Positions 1 through 9,340 of a DNA stretch of 64,000 nucleotides are shown here, piece by piece (the stretch's first letter is position 1; each line of letters starts with the position of its first letter). Both the position numbers and the translations under genes were made by a program. The notes under the pieces were generated by a model. The model had not been told where the DNA came from, made no database searches, and was given only the letters and a program-made list of their open reading frames with translations. The stretch is from an uncultured Gammaproteobacteria bacterium (lineage in GTDB: Bacteria > Patescibacteriota > Patescibacteriia > UBA1558 > 2-01-FULL-52-15). The DNA lies in assembly GCA_964402565.1 (NCBI GenBank), contig CAYOCJ010000002.1:316659-380658 (forward strand), written 5' to 3'.

Positions 1-425
1 CAGCTAAGGATGGTACGGTCTATACCGTAACCGTTGATGGAGATACGAAAATAAGCCGCCCGTTCAATGGCATGATCGCCTTAGCAGATATCGCAGTGAA
101 CGATTCTGCCACTGTGAAGGGAACTGTCAATGGTACTCAGATCGCTGCTAAGTATGTAGTGGTCACTCCGCAGAATACCCATGCTGCGAAAGCTCGTGGA
201 TCAGTTACTGCAGTGAATGGTTCTGTAATCACCATTCAGGGTAATGACCATGGTATCCCGTATAATGTAACGGTGAATACTAATGCTGACACAACAGTGA
301 AGGGCACAAGTACTGCCACCTCAACTGTCGCCGACATTCATGTCGGAAGCAAGATCACGGTGAAGGGCTTGTGGGATGAGATCCTGAACGTCCTGAATGC
401 CATCAAGATCCGTATCTGGAAATAA
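1..425 (+). CDS. DUF5666-like beta-repeat protein, 5' end outside window
   Basis: Frame open from base 3; two repeats of G-V-V-G-I...T.V.....T......I.VG..V.V.G type. Confidence 0.65.
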   Translation, partial: AKDGTVYTVTVDGDTKISRPFNGMIALADIAVNDSATVKGTVNGTQIAAKYVVVTPQNTHAAKARGSVTAVNGSVITIQGNDHGIPYNVTVNTNADTTVKGTSTATSTVADIHVGSKITVKGLWDEILNVLNAIKIRIWK

Positions 426-444
426 GCTCTATCGATCACATACC

Positions 445-476
445 AAAAACACGCCTCATACGAGGCGTGTTTTTTA
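445..476. terminator. Bidirectional intrinsic terminator
   Basis: AAAAACACGCCTC-ATAC-GAGGCGTGTTTTT. Confidence 0.8.
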
Positions 477-557
477 TACAGCAAATTTGATAATGATAAC
501 CGACCCCGCGAAGATCAACGCACCGCCTATGAGCGCATAGATAAAACCCGCATTCAT
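474..557 (-). CDS. Possible 27-aa hydrophobic micro-ORF or EamA remnant
   Basis: Hand translation MNAGFIYALIGGALIFAGSVIIIKFAV; ends in the bidirectional terminator. Confidence 0.25.
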   Translation of the reverse strand: MNAGFIYALIGGALIFAGSVIIIKFAV

Positions 558-583
558 AGCATGTGAGTATTTGAAAAATATAC

Positions 584-702
584 TGGCGGACCGCTCTTAC
601 GGCGAGTCTCGCCATCCGCCTAGGGCGGATCGCTGCTGCCCGTTCGAATCCTTTATCTAACTATTGCTTTCTATACTCATCTTCGATGAGCCCAGAAAGC
701 AA
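584..702 (-). repeat. tRNA-Ser 3'-anchored mini-element
   Basis: TGGCGGA (584-590) repeats the tRNA 3' end; palindromes 601-630; GTTCGAATCC 642-651; hairpin 663-703. Confidence 0.5.
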
Positions 703-790
703 TGGCGGAGAGTGAGGGATTCGAACCCTCGGTACCTTGCGGTACACACGCTTTCCAAGCGTGCGCACTAGACCACTATGCGAACTCTCC
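703..790 (-). tRNA. tRNA-Ser(GGA)
   Basis: Cloverleaf with long variable arm; CACGC-TTGGAAA-GCGTG anticodon arm; encoded CCA. Confidence 0.97.
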
Positions 791-865
791 GAGTCGTACA
801 GAGTATAAAAGGGTTGGGAGTGCGTGTCAATTGATTACTTAGCGAATATCAGTATACTGAAGGCA

Positions 866-1681
866 ATGAAAACAATCTTCATCACCGGCGCTTCATCAGG
901 CATTGGCAAAGCAGCCGCCAACTATTTTTCTGCTCGAGGTTGGAATGTTGCGGCAACCATGCGTTCACCGGCGAAGGAGCATGAATTGACCAAGGTAGAG
1001 AATATAAAACTCTACCAATTGGATGTTACTGATCAAAAAAGTATCGATGAAGCTTTGGATCGCGCGATTGAGGATTTTGGAAAAATTGATGTGCTTGTGA
1101 ATAATGCGGGTTATGGGGTCGATGGGGTCTTCGAGGCTATGTCTGATGATGTGATCCAAAAGCAATTTGATACTAATGTTTTTGGTTTGATGCGGGTTAC
1201 GCGCGCGATCATCCCGCATATGCGTGCATGGGGCGGCGGCACCATTATACAACTCGCCTCAATGGGAGGCCGGCTTACTTTTCCTTTTTACAGCATCTAT
1301 CATGCCAGTAAATGGGCGGTTGAAGGCTTCTCTGAATCACTGCGATACGAATTGCGTCAATTTAACATTAAGATCCGGGCGATAGAGCCGGGTACTATCA
1401 AAACGGAATTCTATGGCCGCAGTCGCCTGGCTATAGCCCCTGCTGAGCTAGCTATGTATGTTAAAGATTTGAAATGGGCCGATATTGTTTCGCAGGGCTC
1501 AGGTCATTCCGGCGTGTCGCCGGATGTGGTGGCGAAGGCTATATATCGGGCAGCTGTGAGTACGGGTAATCGTTTCCGCTATCCTGTTGGCAGGCCGGCA
1601 CCAGTGCTTCTGATCGCAAAAAAATTACTCCCTGAGCGTGTTTTTTTCTTCCTGGTCCGCAAAGCCTATCGCATCGATTAA
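866..1681 (+). CDS. Short-chain dehydrogenase/reductase
   Basis: TGASSGIG, NNAG, YHASK; start moved to ATG 866. Confidence 0.93.
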   Translation: MKTIFITGASSGIGKAAANYFSARGWNVAATMRSPAKEHELTKVENIKLYQLDVTDQKSIDEALDRAIEDFGKIDVLVNNAGYGVDGVFEAMSDDVIQKQFDTNVFGLMRVTRAIIPHMRAWGGGTIIQLASMGGRLTFPFYSIYHASKWAVEGFSESLRYELRQFNIKIRAIEPGTIKTEFYGRSRLAIAPAELAMYVKDLKWADIVSQGSGHSGVSPDVVAKAIYRAAVSTGNRFRYPVGRPAPVLLIAKKLLPERVFFFLVRKAYRID

Positions 1682-1725
1682 ACAATTGATTCCTGGTCTG
1701 AAATCGGTTACTATTGAGTAGCTCT

Positions 1726-3171
1726 ATGCCAAAAGACACTATATCCCAATCAATTACCAAGCGTGCTGACGATTTTTCGCAGTGGTATTTGGATGTTATT
1801 GCCGCCGCTGACTTAGCCGAACATTCTGAAATTAAAGGATCGATGATCATCAAGCCCTATGGCTATGCGATCTGGGAGCGCATGCAAAAAGTGTTAGATG
1901 AACGCATCAAGGCAACAGGCCATGAGAATGCTTATTTTCCAATGCTTATCCCGGAAAGCTATTTGCATCGCGAGAAGGAGCATGTAGAAGGATTTTCTCC
2001 GGAGCTTGCGGTAGTGACGCATGCAGGCGGTGCGAAGTTAGATGAACCGCTGGTGGTACGCCCTACCTCTGAAACCATCATGTACGCTTCATTCTCTCGC
2101 TGGATACAATCATGGCGCGACTTGCCGCTGCTGATCAATCAATGGGCAAATGTCGTTCGCTGGGAACTGAGACCGCGGTTATTTTTACGTACAACTGAAT
2201 TTCTCTGGCAGGAAGGCCATACCGCACATCGTACTGAAAATGAGGCAGAGGAGGAGGCAAAGAAAATGCTGGAGGAGTATCGCCTATTCGTCGAGAAGTA
2301 CTTAGCCATACCCGTGATTGCAGGACAGAAAACGGACGCAGAGAAATTTGCGGGCGCTTTGCGAACGTATACGGTCGAAGCCTTGATGCCTGATGGCAAA
2401 GCTTTGCAGATGGGAACGTCACATAATTTAGGTCAAAACTTTGCGAAAGTGTTTGATGTAAAATTCCTTGACGAAGATAATACCCAGAAATATGTCTGGC
2501 AGACCAGCTGGGGTGTCTCGACCCGAATGGTCGGCGGCTTGATCATGTCGCATAGCGATGACAAAGGTTTGGTGCTGCCGCCGAAGGTAGCACCCATACA
2601 AGTTGTTATTATTCCTATTGCCAAGAGTGATGATGAACGCGCGAGTGTCATGAAAATGGTGCATCACGTCGAACAGCAAATGCTCGCGGCAGATATCAGA
2701 GTGAAAGTGGATCTCAGAGAAGGTCAGACCTTTGGTGAAAAAGCATATTACTGGGAGAAGCGCGGCGTGCCGATCCGGATCGAGATCGGACCAAAAGATA
2801 TCGAGAAGAAGCAGGCTGTTGTTGTTCGCAGAGACATGTCAGAGAAGACTCCTGTTGCGTTTGATGCGCTTGTGGCCAATTGTGCGAAGCAGCTGCAGGA
2901 TATGCAAGCTATGCTCTATGATGCAGCACAGAAGAGGAGAGATCAGAAGTCAGTATTCGTAGAAAATTATGCTGATTTCACTGATGCAATTGAGAAGGGT
3001 ATGCTCGTCTACGCTCCTTGGGCAGGCAGCAGCGAGGATGAAGCCCAGATCAAAGCAGAAACCAAGGCAACGATCCGATGTATACCGTTTGAATCTCAGT
3101 ATACAGGGGGTACCTGCATCAAAACCGGAGCTCAGACCAAGGTAGTGGCTGTGTTCGCCAAGTCATACTAG
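1726..3171 (+). CDS. proS: Proline-tRNA ligase (archaeal/eukaryote-like type)
   Basis: RPTSET, RWE...FLRTTEFLWQEGHT, QTSWG.STR, C-terminal FAKSY. Confidence 0.96.
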   Translation: MPKDTISQSITKRADDFSQWYLDVIAAADLAEHSEIKGSMIIKPYGYAIWERMQKVLDERIKATGHENAYFPMLIPESYLHREKEHVEGFSPELAVVTHAGGAKLDEPLVVRPTSETIMYASFSRWIQSWRDLPLLINQWANVVRWELRPRLFLRTTEFLWQEGHTAHRTENEAEEEAKKMLEEYRLFVEKYLAIPVIAGQKTDAEKFAGALRTYTVEALMPDGKALQMGTSHNLGQNFAKVFDVKFLDEDNTQKYVWQTSWGVSTRMVGGLIMSHSDDKGLVLPPKVAPIQVVIIPIAKSDDERASVMKMVHHVEQQMLAADIRVKVDLREGQTFGEKAYYWEKRGVPIRIEIGPKDIEKKQAVVVRRDMSEKTPVAFDALVANCAKQLQDMQAMLYDAAQKRRDQKSVFVENYADFTDAIEKGMLVYAPWAGSSEDEAQIKAETKATIRCIPFESQYTGGTCIKTGAQTKVVAVFAKSY

Positions 3172-3257
3172 CTGTGAACCCTGTTGACATCCTCCCTTTG
3201 CAATCTTTCGGAAAGTGCTATAATACCTAGGTTAATTAATAAACCATAAAAAACGTT

Positions 3258-3539
3258 ATGGCAAAGATGACTAAATCACAGATGTTGGCAGCTCTCGCTG
3301 AGAAGTCTGGCCACTCTAAGAAAGATGTCGGCATGCTGGTCGAAGCTATGGTCAATATGGCCTATGCTGAAGTTAAGAAGAATGGCGAATTCACCATTCC
3401 GGGCATCGGCAAGCTGGTTAAACAGCATCGTAAGGCTCGCATGGGCAGAAACCCGGCAACCGGCCAAGAGATCCAGATTCCAGCTAAGACTGTCTGCAAG
3501 TTCCGCGTAGCAAAGGCTGCAAAGGACGCAATTTTGTAA
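3258..3539 (+). CDS. hup: HU family DNA-binding protein
   Basis: RKARMGRNPATGQEIQIPAK. Confidence 0.95.
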   Translation: MAKMTKSQMLAALAEKSGHSKKDVGMLVEAMVNMAYAEVKKNGEFTIPGIGKLVKQHRKARMGRNPATGQEIQIPAKTVCKFRVAKAAKDAIL

Positions 3540-3560
3540 GGCATACTGTACAGAACTAAA

Positions 3561-3590
3561 AAGAAGCCTCCGTAAGGAGGCTTCTTAGTT
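3561..3590 (+). terminator. Intrinsic terminator after HU
   Basis: AAGAAGCCTCC-GTAA-GGAGGCTTCTT. Confidence 0.75.
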
Positions 3591-3658
3591 TATGGAAAGA
3601 AAAAAGCACCGAGGAGGGGTTAGAACCCTCTGAACCCGGTGCTTCCATGCAGGGAAGA

Positions 3659-3955
3659 TCAGCGTGCGGAAAGTGCCGCCGTCGCGTCGACGATGGGGGC
3701 GGTCTTCGGCGCCCTCAGAACCTTCTTGATGAAGTAGGTTCGATTGTTGGGGCCGGGGATCCTGCCTCTCACGCCATGGACGTGAACGTACTCGCCTTCC
3801 CGGCGGTTCACGATCGCTTTCGCGATCTGACCTCCTGAGGAATTGGCGGTGTACTCGCCGTGGTCCCCTCCGACGCGGGAATCGGTCGTGAAGTAGTGAC
3901 ACTCCACGATGTCAACGCGGTCGCCTTCGCGCACCATCTTGCCCAATTTGTGCAT
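3659..3955 (-). CDS. Hypothetical 98-aa protein (accessory cassette)
   Basis: AAGGAG SD before ATG 3955; own promoter (4070-4098) and hairpin terminator (about 3605-3643). Confidence 0.65.
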   Translation of the reverse strand: MHKLGKMVREGDRVDIVECHYFTTDSRVGGDHGEYTANSSGGQIAKAIVNRREGEYVHVHGVRGRIPGPNNRTYFIKKVLRAPKTAPIVDATAALSAR

Positions 3956-4043
3956 CCAGCTGTCTCCTTTTTTTGGTTCGGTCGGTATAGACACGAGAAC
4001 AGAAACAAAGCGTCTGGTGCACCTCCTTGTGTTTCGGAAACGT

Positions 4044-4098
4044 ATATAAAGATCAGAGTACAACAAGGCACTATACAATGCTGATCGCCATTTGTCAA
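4044..4098 (-). promoter_or_regulatory. Sigma70 promoter plus boxA-like element
   Basis: TTGACA-17-TATAGT, then TGATCTTTATAT (4044-4055). Confidence 0.65.
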
Positions 4099-4105
4099 TA
4101 GTTTT

Positions 4106-4134
4106 TTGCATAAAACCCCAAAGGGAAGTAGAAT
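4106..4134 (+). promoter_or_regulatory. Promoter for probably leaderless dnaG
   Basis: TTGCAT-17-TAGAAT, 6 nt before the ATG. Confidence 0.6.
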
Positions 4135-4140
4135 TGCGAC

Positions 4141-5910
4141 ATGACTCCTATCGAGGAAATTAAATCAAAACTCGCCATCGAGCAGGTGATCGGGGAGTAT
4201 ATCTCATTGAAGCAATCAGGGATGAATTGGAAAGGCCTATGTCCTTTCCACCAGGAAAAGACGCCTTCATTCATGGTCAGCCAGGATAAGCAGATCTGGC
4301 ATTGCTTCGGATGTAATGAGGGCGGTGATGTCATTACCTTTGTTCAAAAGTATGAAGGCATGGAGTTCCGCGAGGCGGCCCAGCTTCTGGCACAGAAGGC
4401 TGGTGTTGTCCTGACCGGTTTCGCGGTGCCTGATCAAAGCAAGAAGAAGCAGCTTCAGGACATCAATGCGGCTGCAGAAGAGTACTATGTACGAGAGCTG
4501 AAAGGAGATTCTCAGGCAGCAAAAAAGACGAGAGACTATCTCACGAGCCGCGGCCTGACGGTCGAGACTATGCAAGGATGGAACCTGGGGCTTTCGCCTG
4601 ACTCGTGGGAAGGGTTGCTGGCCTTTTTGAAAGAAAAGAAGTACCCGGTTGTAGATATGGTAGCAGCAGGTTTGGTTATTTCGAGAGAACAGAAGTACTA
4701 TGACCGATTTCGCAGGCGATTGATGTTCCCTATCACTGATGCTCAGGGCAATGTCGTCGCTTTTACTGCCCGTACCCTCCAGTATATAGCCTATGATGAA
4801 GAAGATGCGCAGGGAAAGTACGTTAATAGCCCGGGCACACAGCTCTATAATAAAAGCCAGGTGCTCTATGGTTTTGATAAAGCTAAGCATGCGATCAAGC
4901 GCGCCGGATATGCGATCATAGTCGAGGGCAATATGGATGCCATCATGTCGCATCAGGCCGGCGTCCAAAATGTAGTAGCTGTTTCAGGCACAGCGTTAAC
5001 TCCGGATCAGCTGAAAATATTAAAACGATACACAGAAAATATTATTTTAGCGTTCGATTCCGATTCTGCTGGTTCTCAAGCAGTGTTTCGGGGAGTTACG
5101 TTAGCATGGGAGAATGACATGAATGTGAAGGTCATCGTGCTTACCGAAGGCAAGGATCCGGCCGAGATTATCCAGAAAGATCCGGCTCTCTGGAAGGAAG
5201 CGATACGTACTTCGATCGGTGTAGTGGATTTTTATATCGATGCGATATTCAAACGCGTTGATCTGAGCCGTGCGGACCACAAAAAGATCGCAGCGCAGAG
5301 GATAGTCGGCATTATCAATAAATTAAAAACGAAGATCGAACAGTCGCATTATGTGACCTTGCTCGCACAAAAACTGCAGATGCCGGAAAGCGTGCTCCAG
5401 ACTATGGTGCAGGAGCCGCAGGCAGCAGCTGAGCCTATTGCGCAAGAAACGCCCTGGTCTGATTCGAAAAAAGGGTCTGCATTTTACTCGGAACAATTGC
5501 TTTCATTTATTTTGCAATACCCGGACCTTGGCCGGGCCATCGTTGATGAGGTTGAGCAGGAGTTCCTATCGGAGGACACGAGGGACCTTTACAAGAAAAT
5601 CATACTTCAGTATACTAAGAACCAATTGTTGAACTTTCTTGAACTAAGCTCCGAGCTATCGCCAGATGAGTTGCGTCGCTGGAGCGAACTGGTTTTCCAA
5701 GGAGAGCGAAATTACGGAGCATTGCTCCCAGAACAGCGCGTACATGAACTCGAACGGTTGCGCGGTCTCGTCCTTCACGCCCATTATACGAATCAGCTTC
5801 AGGAATTAACTGAAGCGATCAAGCGTGCAGAGCAGGCCGGTGACCAGAGTAGCGTCGAAACGCTGATGCATGCCTATCATGCACTAAGCAAAAAAAGAGC
5901 GAGTAGATAG
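4141..5910 (+). CDS. dnaG: DNA primase
   Basis: CPFH.EKTPSF zinc finger, CFGC, Toprim VEG.MD and FDSD. Confidence 0.97.
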   Translation: MTPIEEIKSKLAIEQVIGEYISLKQSGMNWKGLCPFHQEKTPSFMVSQDKQIWHCFGCNEGGDVITFVQKYEGMEFREAAQLLAQKAGVVLTGFAVPDQSKKKQLQDINAAAEEYYVRELKGDSQAAKKTRDYLTSRGLTVETMQGWNLGLSPDSWEGLLAFLKEKKYPVVDMVAAGLVISREQKYYDRFRRRLMFPITDAQGNVVAFTARTLQYIAYDEEDAQGKYVNSPGTQLYNKSQVLYGFDKAKHAIKRAGYAIIVEGNMDAIMSHQAGVQNVVAVSGTALTPDQLKILKRYTENIILAFDSDSAGSQAVFRGVTLAWENDMNVKVIVLTEGKDPAEIIQKDPALWKEAIRTSIGVVDFYIDAIFKRVDLSRADHKKIAAQRIVGIINKLKTKIEQSHYVTLLAQKLQMPESVLQTMVQEPQAAAEPIAQETPWSDSKKGSAFYSEQLLSFILQYPDLGRAIVDEVEQEFLSEDTRDLYKKIILQYTKNQLLNFLELSSELSPDELRRWSELVFQGERNYGALLPEQRVHELERLRGLVLHAHYTNQLQELTEAIKRAEQAGDQSSVETLMHAYHALSKKRASR

Positions 5911-5916
5911 CACTCT

Positions 5917-7128
5917 ATGCCAAAGAAAAAGAACCCTCTCAAAAAAAAGATCGTCGCAAAGAAGAAAGCCAAGGACGCGAAATCAAAGCGTTCATCGGCA
6001 AAAAAAATTCGCAATGCCGGGCCGCGGGTCCGCTCTGTTTTGGATAAGAATGCAGTTGACCGGTTGATCGAAAAAGGCAGATCTCGAAGCTTCGTAACTG
6101 AGAATGAACTGATACGGGTTTTCGTGGAAGTCGAGGATCATATTGATGAGTTCGAGGATTTCCTCGATGATCTGGACATCATGGGAGTACAAGTTGTGTC
6201 CATGGAGGGTGGTATTTTGGACATTGGCAAAGATGATCGTACGTCCAAGGTATTTAGCGAGGCAGGCATTGCCCGCGATAAGAAGCGCATGGACCTTTCT
6301 GATATATCGGCCGACTCTATTCAGATGTATCTGCGCGAGATCGGTAAGGTGCCGCTGTTGAACCAGGAGGAAGAAGTGATTTATGCGAAGTTGAAAGAAA
6401 AGGGAGACGCTGAGGCGCGAAAAAAACTCGTTGAGTCCAACTTGCGACTCGTGGTATCAATTGCAAAGAAATTTACCGGCCGATCTCTGACCTTGCTTGA
6501 TCTAATTCAGGAAGGCAATATTGGCTTATTCCGCGCCGTTGATAAATTCGACTATCGCAAGGGGTATAAATTCTCAACCTATGCAACGTGGTGGATACGC
6601 CAGGCGATTACCCGGGCACTTGCAGACCAATCACGCACGATCCGCATTCCGGTCCACATGGTAGAAACGATCAATCGCTTCCAGCAAGTGCAGCGCAGGC
6701 TGATACAAGATCTTGGCCGTGAGCCCTTGCCTGAAGAAATCGCCGCAGAAATGGGCGAAGACCTTGACAAAATCAGGCATATCATTAAGATTTCACAGGA
6801 AACTGTTTCACTGGAGACTTCAGTCGGCGAAGATGATGAAGATTCAACGCTCGGAGATTTCATTGAAGATGAGCGGACCATTACGCCTGATCGCGTTGCG
6901 TCATTGCAGCTATTGAAGGATCATGTGTTCTCCATCATCAGAGATCTGACACCTCGCGAACAGAAAATTCTTGCCATGCGGTTCGGCCTTACTGATGGAG
7001 TCGCGCATACGCTTGAAGAAGTAGGACAGGAATTCGGCGTAACGCGCGAACGTATCCGACAGATCGAAGCGAAAGCATTGGAGCGTATACAGGTGCATCG
7101 AGACATGAAAAAGTTAAAGGACTACTAA
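5917..7128 (+). CDS. rpoD: RNA polymerase primary sigma factor
   Basis: [42 protein letters not shown]. Confidence 0.97.
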   Translation: MPKKKNPLKKKIVAKKKAKDAKSKRSSAKKIRNAGPRVRSVLDKNAVDRLIEKGRSRSFVTENELIRVFVEVEDHIDEFEDFLDDLDIMGVQVVSMEGGILDIGKDDRTSKVFSEAGIARDKKRMDLSDISADSIQMYLREIGKVPLLNQEEEVIYAKLKEKGDAEARKKLVESNLRLVVSIAKKFTGRSLTLLDLIQEGNIGLFRAVDKFDYRKGYKFSTYATWWIRQAITRALADQSRTIRIPVHMVETINRFQQVQRRLIQDLGREPLPEEIAAEMGEDLDKIRHIIKISQETVSLETSVGEDDEDSTLGDFIEDERTITPDRVASLQLLKDHVFSIIRDLTPREQKILAMRFGLTDGVAHTLEEVGQEFGVTRERIRQIEAKALERIQVHRDMKKLKDY

Positions 7129-7149
7129 TCCGCCAGCCGGCGGATTCGT

Positions 7150-7224
7150 CGCGGGATAGAGCAGTGGCAGCTCGCCAGGCCCATAACCTGGAGGTCGGGG
7201 GTTCGAATCCCCCTCCCGCTACCA
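7150..7224 (+). tRNA. tRNA-Met(CAT), initiator type
   Basis: C1:U72 mismatch, A11:U24, CAT anticodon, CCA. Confidence 0.9.
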
Positions 7225-7268
7225 ACCGATTCACTTCGAAGAAATTGGAAGTGAGCCGAATGGTACCT

Positions 7269-7345
7269 GGCGGGGTAGCTCAGTCGGTTAGAGCGTGGGA
7301 CTCATAAGCCCGAGGTCGGCGGTTCGATTCCGCCCCCCGCTACCA
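7269..7345 (+). tRNA. tRNA with CAT anticodon, probably elongator Met (Ile2 not excluded)
   Basis: GGCGGGG acceptor, CTCATAA loop, GGTTCGATTCC, CCA. Confidence 0.88.
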
Positions 7346-7376
7346 AATCAGCCCTTAGGGTTGTTTTTTGTTAATA

Positions 7377-7405
7377 TTGACAAAAACATAAAAAAGTGTT
7401 ACTAT
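7377..7405 (+). promoter_or_regulatory. Sigma70 promoter
   Basis: TTGACA-17-TACTAT with extended TG. Confidence 0.7.
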
Positions 7406-7468
7406 TGAATGTTCAAAACTTGAACCTGTTATTTCACAAAACGCATCATAGTGCGTGGGGGGTATATC

Positions 7469-8347
7469 ATGCGAGACGACGGAAAGATCTTTCGCCAGGA
7501 TGGAAAGACGATCGTCCAGATCCAGGGGCATAGCAGCCTCGGTTCGCTGCCGGGCGTTCGCTGTCTGGATCCGGAGGCCGAGGAAGAAAAGCGCATCTAC
7601 GAGAAGGTCTTCATCAAGAAGAAGGTCTACCTTCCCGGCGAGTATGACCAAGCAGTCAGCGAACAGCTGAAAGGCAAGGACATCGTCGTCCTGGGCATGA
7701 ACGGCTACAGCGGCTTGTCCGACGAGCTGTGCGCGGCCTGGGGCGTCAAGCCCGGAGGATATGAGGCTGCGTGTGCGGCCATCCTTCGGTCAACGACCAA
7801 GCTGCTTCAGGCGAAGTTCCCGGGTGTCGACATTCGCTTCGCACACGGCGCCTCGGACTTGGGAGTCGATCGGGCGATCATCGAGGTTGCCAACGGTTTG
7901 AATCGACCTCAGCTCGGGCACAGTTGTCCGCACTTCATGTTCTACGTCGAAGACGATGACATCCCGGTCTACGTCGCCAAGGACCAGGCTGCGTATTCGC
8001 TCGCGTTCATTTCGTCGCTCGACATCCTGATCGCTGCCAACGGCAGGATCCAGTCGTTCGAGCACGATATCGACGCAGCCTTCAAGAAGTTGAAGCATGT
8101 CATTCCGGTGAATGTGCTGCGCAGCATCTCGACCAACGGTGGTCCGCCGGCAGTCGGTCCTGACGGCAAGATCAACGATGCGGTCGCCGCCTTCGAGCAG
8201 CACGTGCATCTTGTGTCCCAGCACTTCGGTTCGTTGAATTACAATTCGGCGAACATGTTCCCGAGCCTCGTCGAACACGTCAACGTGGTCGTCGAGCACA
8301 TCGGGCGGCAAATCCTGTCGCCTGATCGTGCGTTCGCAGCATTCTGA
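7469..8347 (+). CDS. SLOG/LOG-like Rossmannoid nucleotide-binding protein
   Basis: VVLGMNGYS, HGASDLGVD, DILIAANG..SFEH resemble SLOG motifs. Confidence 0.5.
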   Translation: MRDDGKIFRQDGKTIVQIQGHSSLGSLPGVRCLDPEAEEEKRIYEKVFIKKKVYLPGEYDQAVSEQLKGKDIVVLGMNGYSGLSDELCAAWGVKPGGYEAACAAILRSTTKLLQAKFPGVDIRFAHGASDLGVDRAIIEVANGLNRPQLGHSCPHFMFYVEDDDIPVYVAKDQAAYSLAFISSLDILIAANGRIQSFEHDIDAAFKKLKHVIPVNVLRSISTNGGPPAVGPDGKINDAVAAFEQHVHLVSQHFGSLNYNSANMFPSLVEHVNVVVEHIGRQILSPDRAFAAF

Positions 8348-8411
8348 CCCTCTACGAATTCCTCGAACGGGATCGACGGTCATACCACAACCAAGGATAA
8401 AGGAGAAGTGC

Positions 8412-8873
8412 ATGAGAATCGCGATGATCTCGTACAACATGTTCGTGATCCGCGAGGCGAACGGCTGGAAAACCAACGGCGACAATGCCGTTCTGCTGCT
8501 GCAGAACACGTCGGGCAAGACGTGGGGCCTGACTCAGTTCGGCCTCACGCCCCGCGAATGGTCGAATGAGGCCGGCGCCATCGTTGACCCGCTGTGGAAG
8601 CAGCTCGAAAGCGAGCTGCCGACGATCGAGAAGGTCGTCTTCTACGTCGGGAGCGACGGAGCAGAGCGGGTCATCGAGCTCGCCGCGGATCATGGCCTCA
8701 CGCCTGACCGTGCCGTCTTCGTCTGCTGCAGCTGCAATGCTCGCACCAAGAGGGAGGTGATCAGTTCCCGCGGATTTTCCGGGTCGCCGATCCTCCACGC
8801 GGTCTGCGGCGGACACGACGAGATGCGTAACATCTACAACAACGTTCTCAACCACGGTAACCTCTCGAGCTGA
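8412..8873 (+). CDS. Hypothetical protein with CCSC and CGG motifs
   Basis: AAGGAG SD; follows SLOG-like gene; hairpin terminator 8895-8930. Confidence 0.7.
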   Translation: MRIAMISYNMFVIREANGWKTNGDNAVLLLQNTSGKTWGLTQFGLTPREWSNEAGAIVDPLWKQLESELPTIEKVVFYVGSDGAERVIELAADHGLTPDRAVFVCCSCNARTKREVISSRGFSGSPILHAVCGGHDEMRNIYNNVLNHGNLSS

Positions 8874-8929
8874 TCGAGGGGACGCCAACACGAGGAGCCC
8901 CGTGCCAGACTAATAATCTGCGCGGGGCT

Positions 8930-9277
8930 CTAAACATTTTTTTCAAGAAATTCTTTGAGCAGCTTTCGATGGCAATAGCCATCTTTTTTGCAATGGCAGA
9001 GTAAGGTCAGGGTATTGTAGCAACTTTCCTCATAGAGACTTTCGAGCAACGGTTGCAGTTTCTTGTTCTCTAATTGCTTTAGATATTCTTCTTTGAACAA
9101 TTCCCAGCTGTATTTGGTTCCTTTCCAATTCGCCATGAGTTCAAGCGGGCTTCCGAGCTCGCGAAACCATGCATCCACCTTTGCTTCGCGGGAGGCATCC
9201 GGCCAATAGTAACTTACCAGGATGCGCTTGCCATCGCGCTCGTTGATCGCCTCAGATAACGATTTTATTTGCAGCAT
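8930..9277 (-). CDS. DUF488 (YeaO-like) protein
   Basis: DG.RILV...WP, D.W..ELG.P, TLTLLC...CHR. Confidence 0.75.
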   Translation of the reverse strand: MLQIKSLSEAINERDGKRILVSYYWPDASREAKVDAWFRELGSPLELMANWKGTKYSWELFKEEYLKQLENKKLQPLLESLYEESCYNTLTLLCHCKKDGYCHRKLLKEFLEKNV

Positions 9278-9340
9278 GCCCAGAGTGTAGCATGGAGATA
9301 CTGTTGGTACAACATTTCGACTTGTGATAGTATAATCGTT

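Noticed and set aside
1726-3171. Archaeal/eukaryote-type ProRS as a sign of unusual transfer
   Set aside because: This type is widespread in bacteria.
6989-7234. 81-aa ORF antisense to tRNA-Met, and the N-terminal extension of 51522-53012 into tRNA-Pro
   Set aside because: They overlap tRNA genes; spurious.
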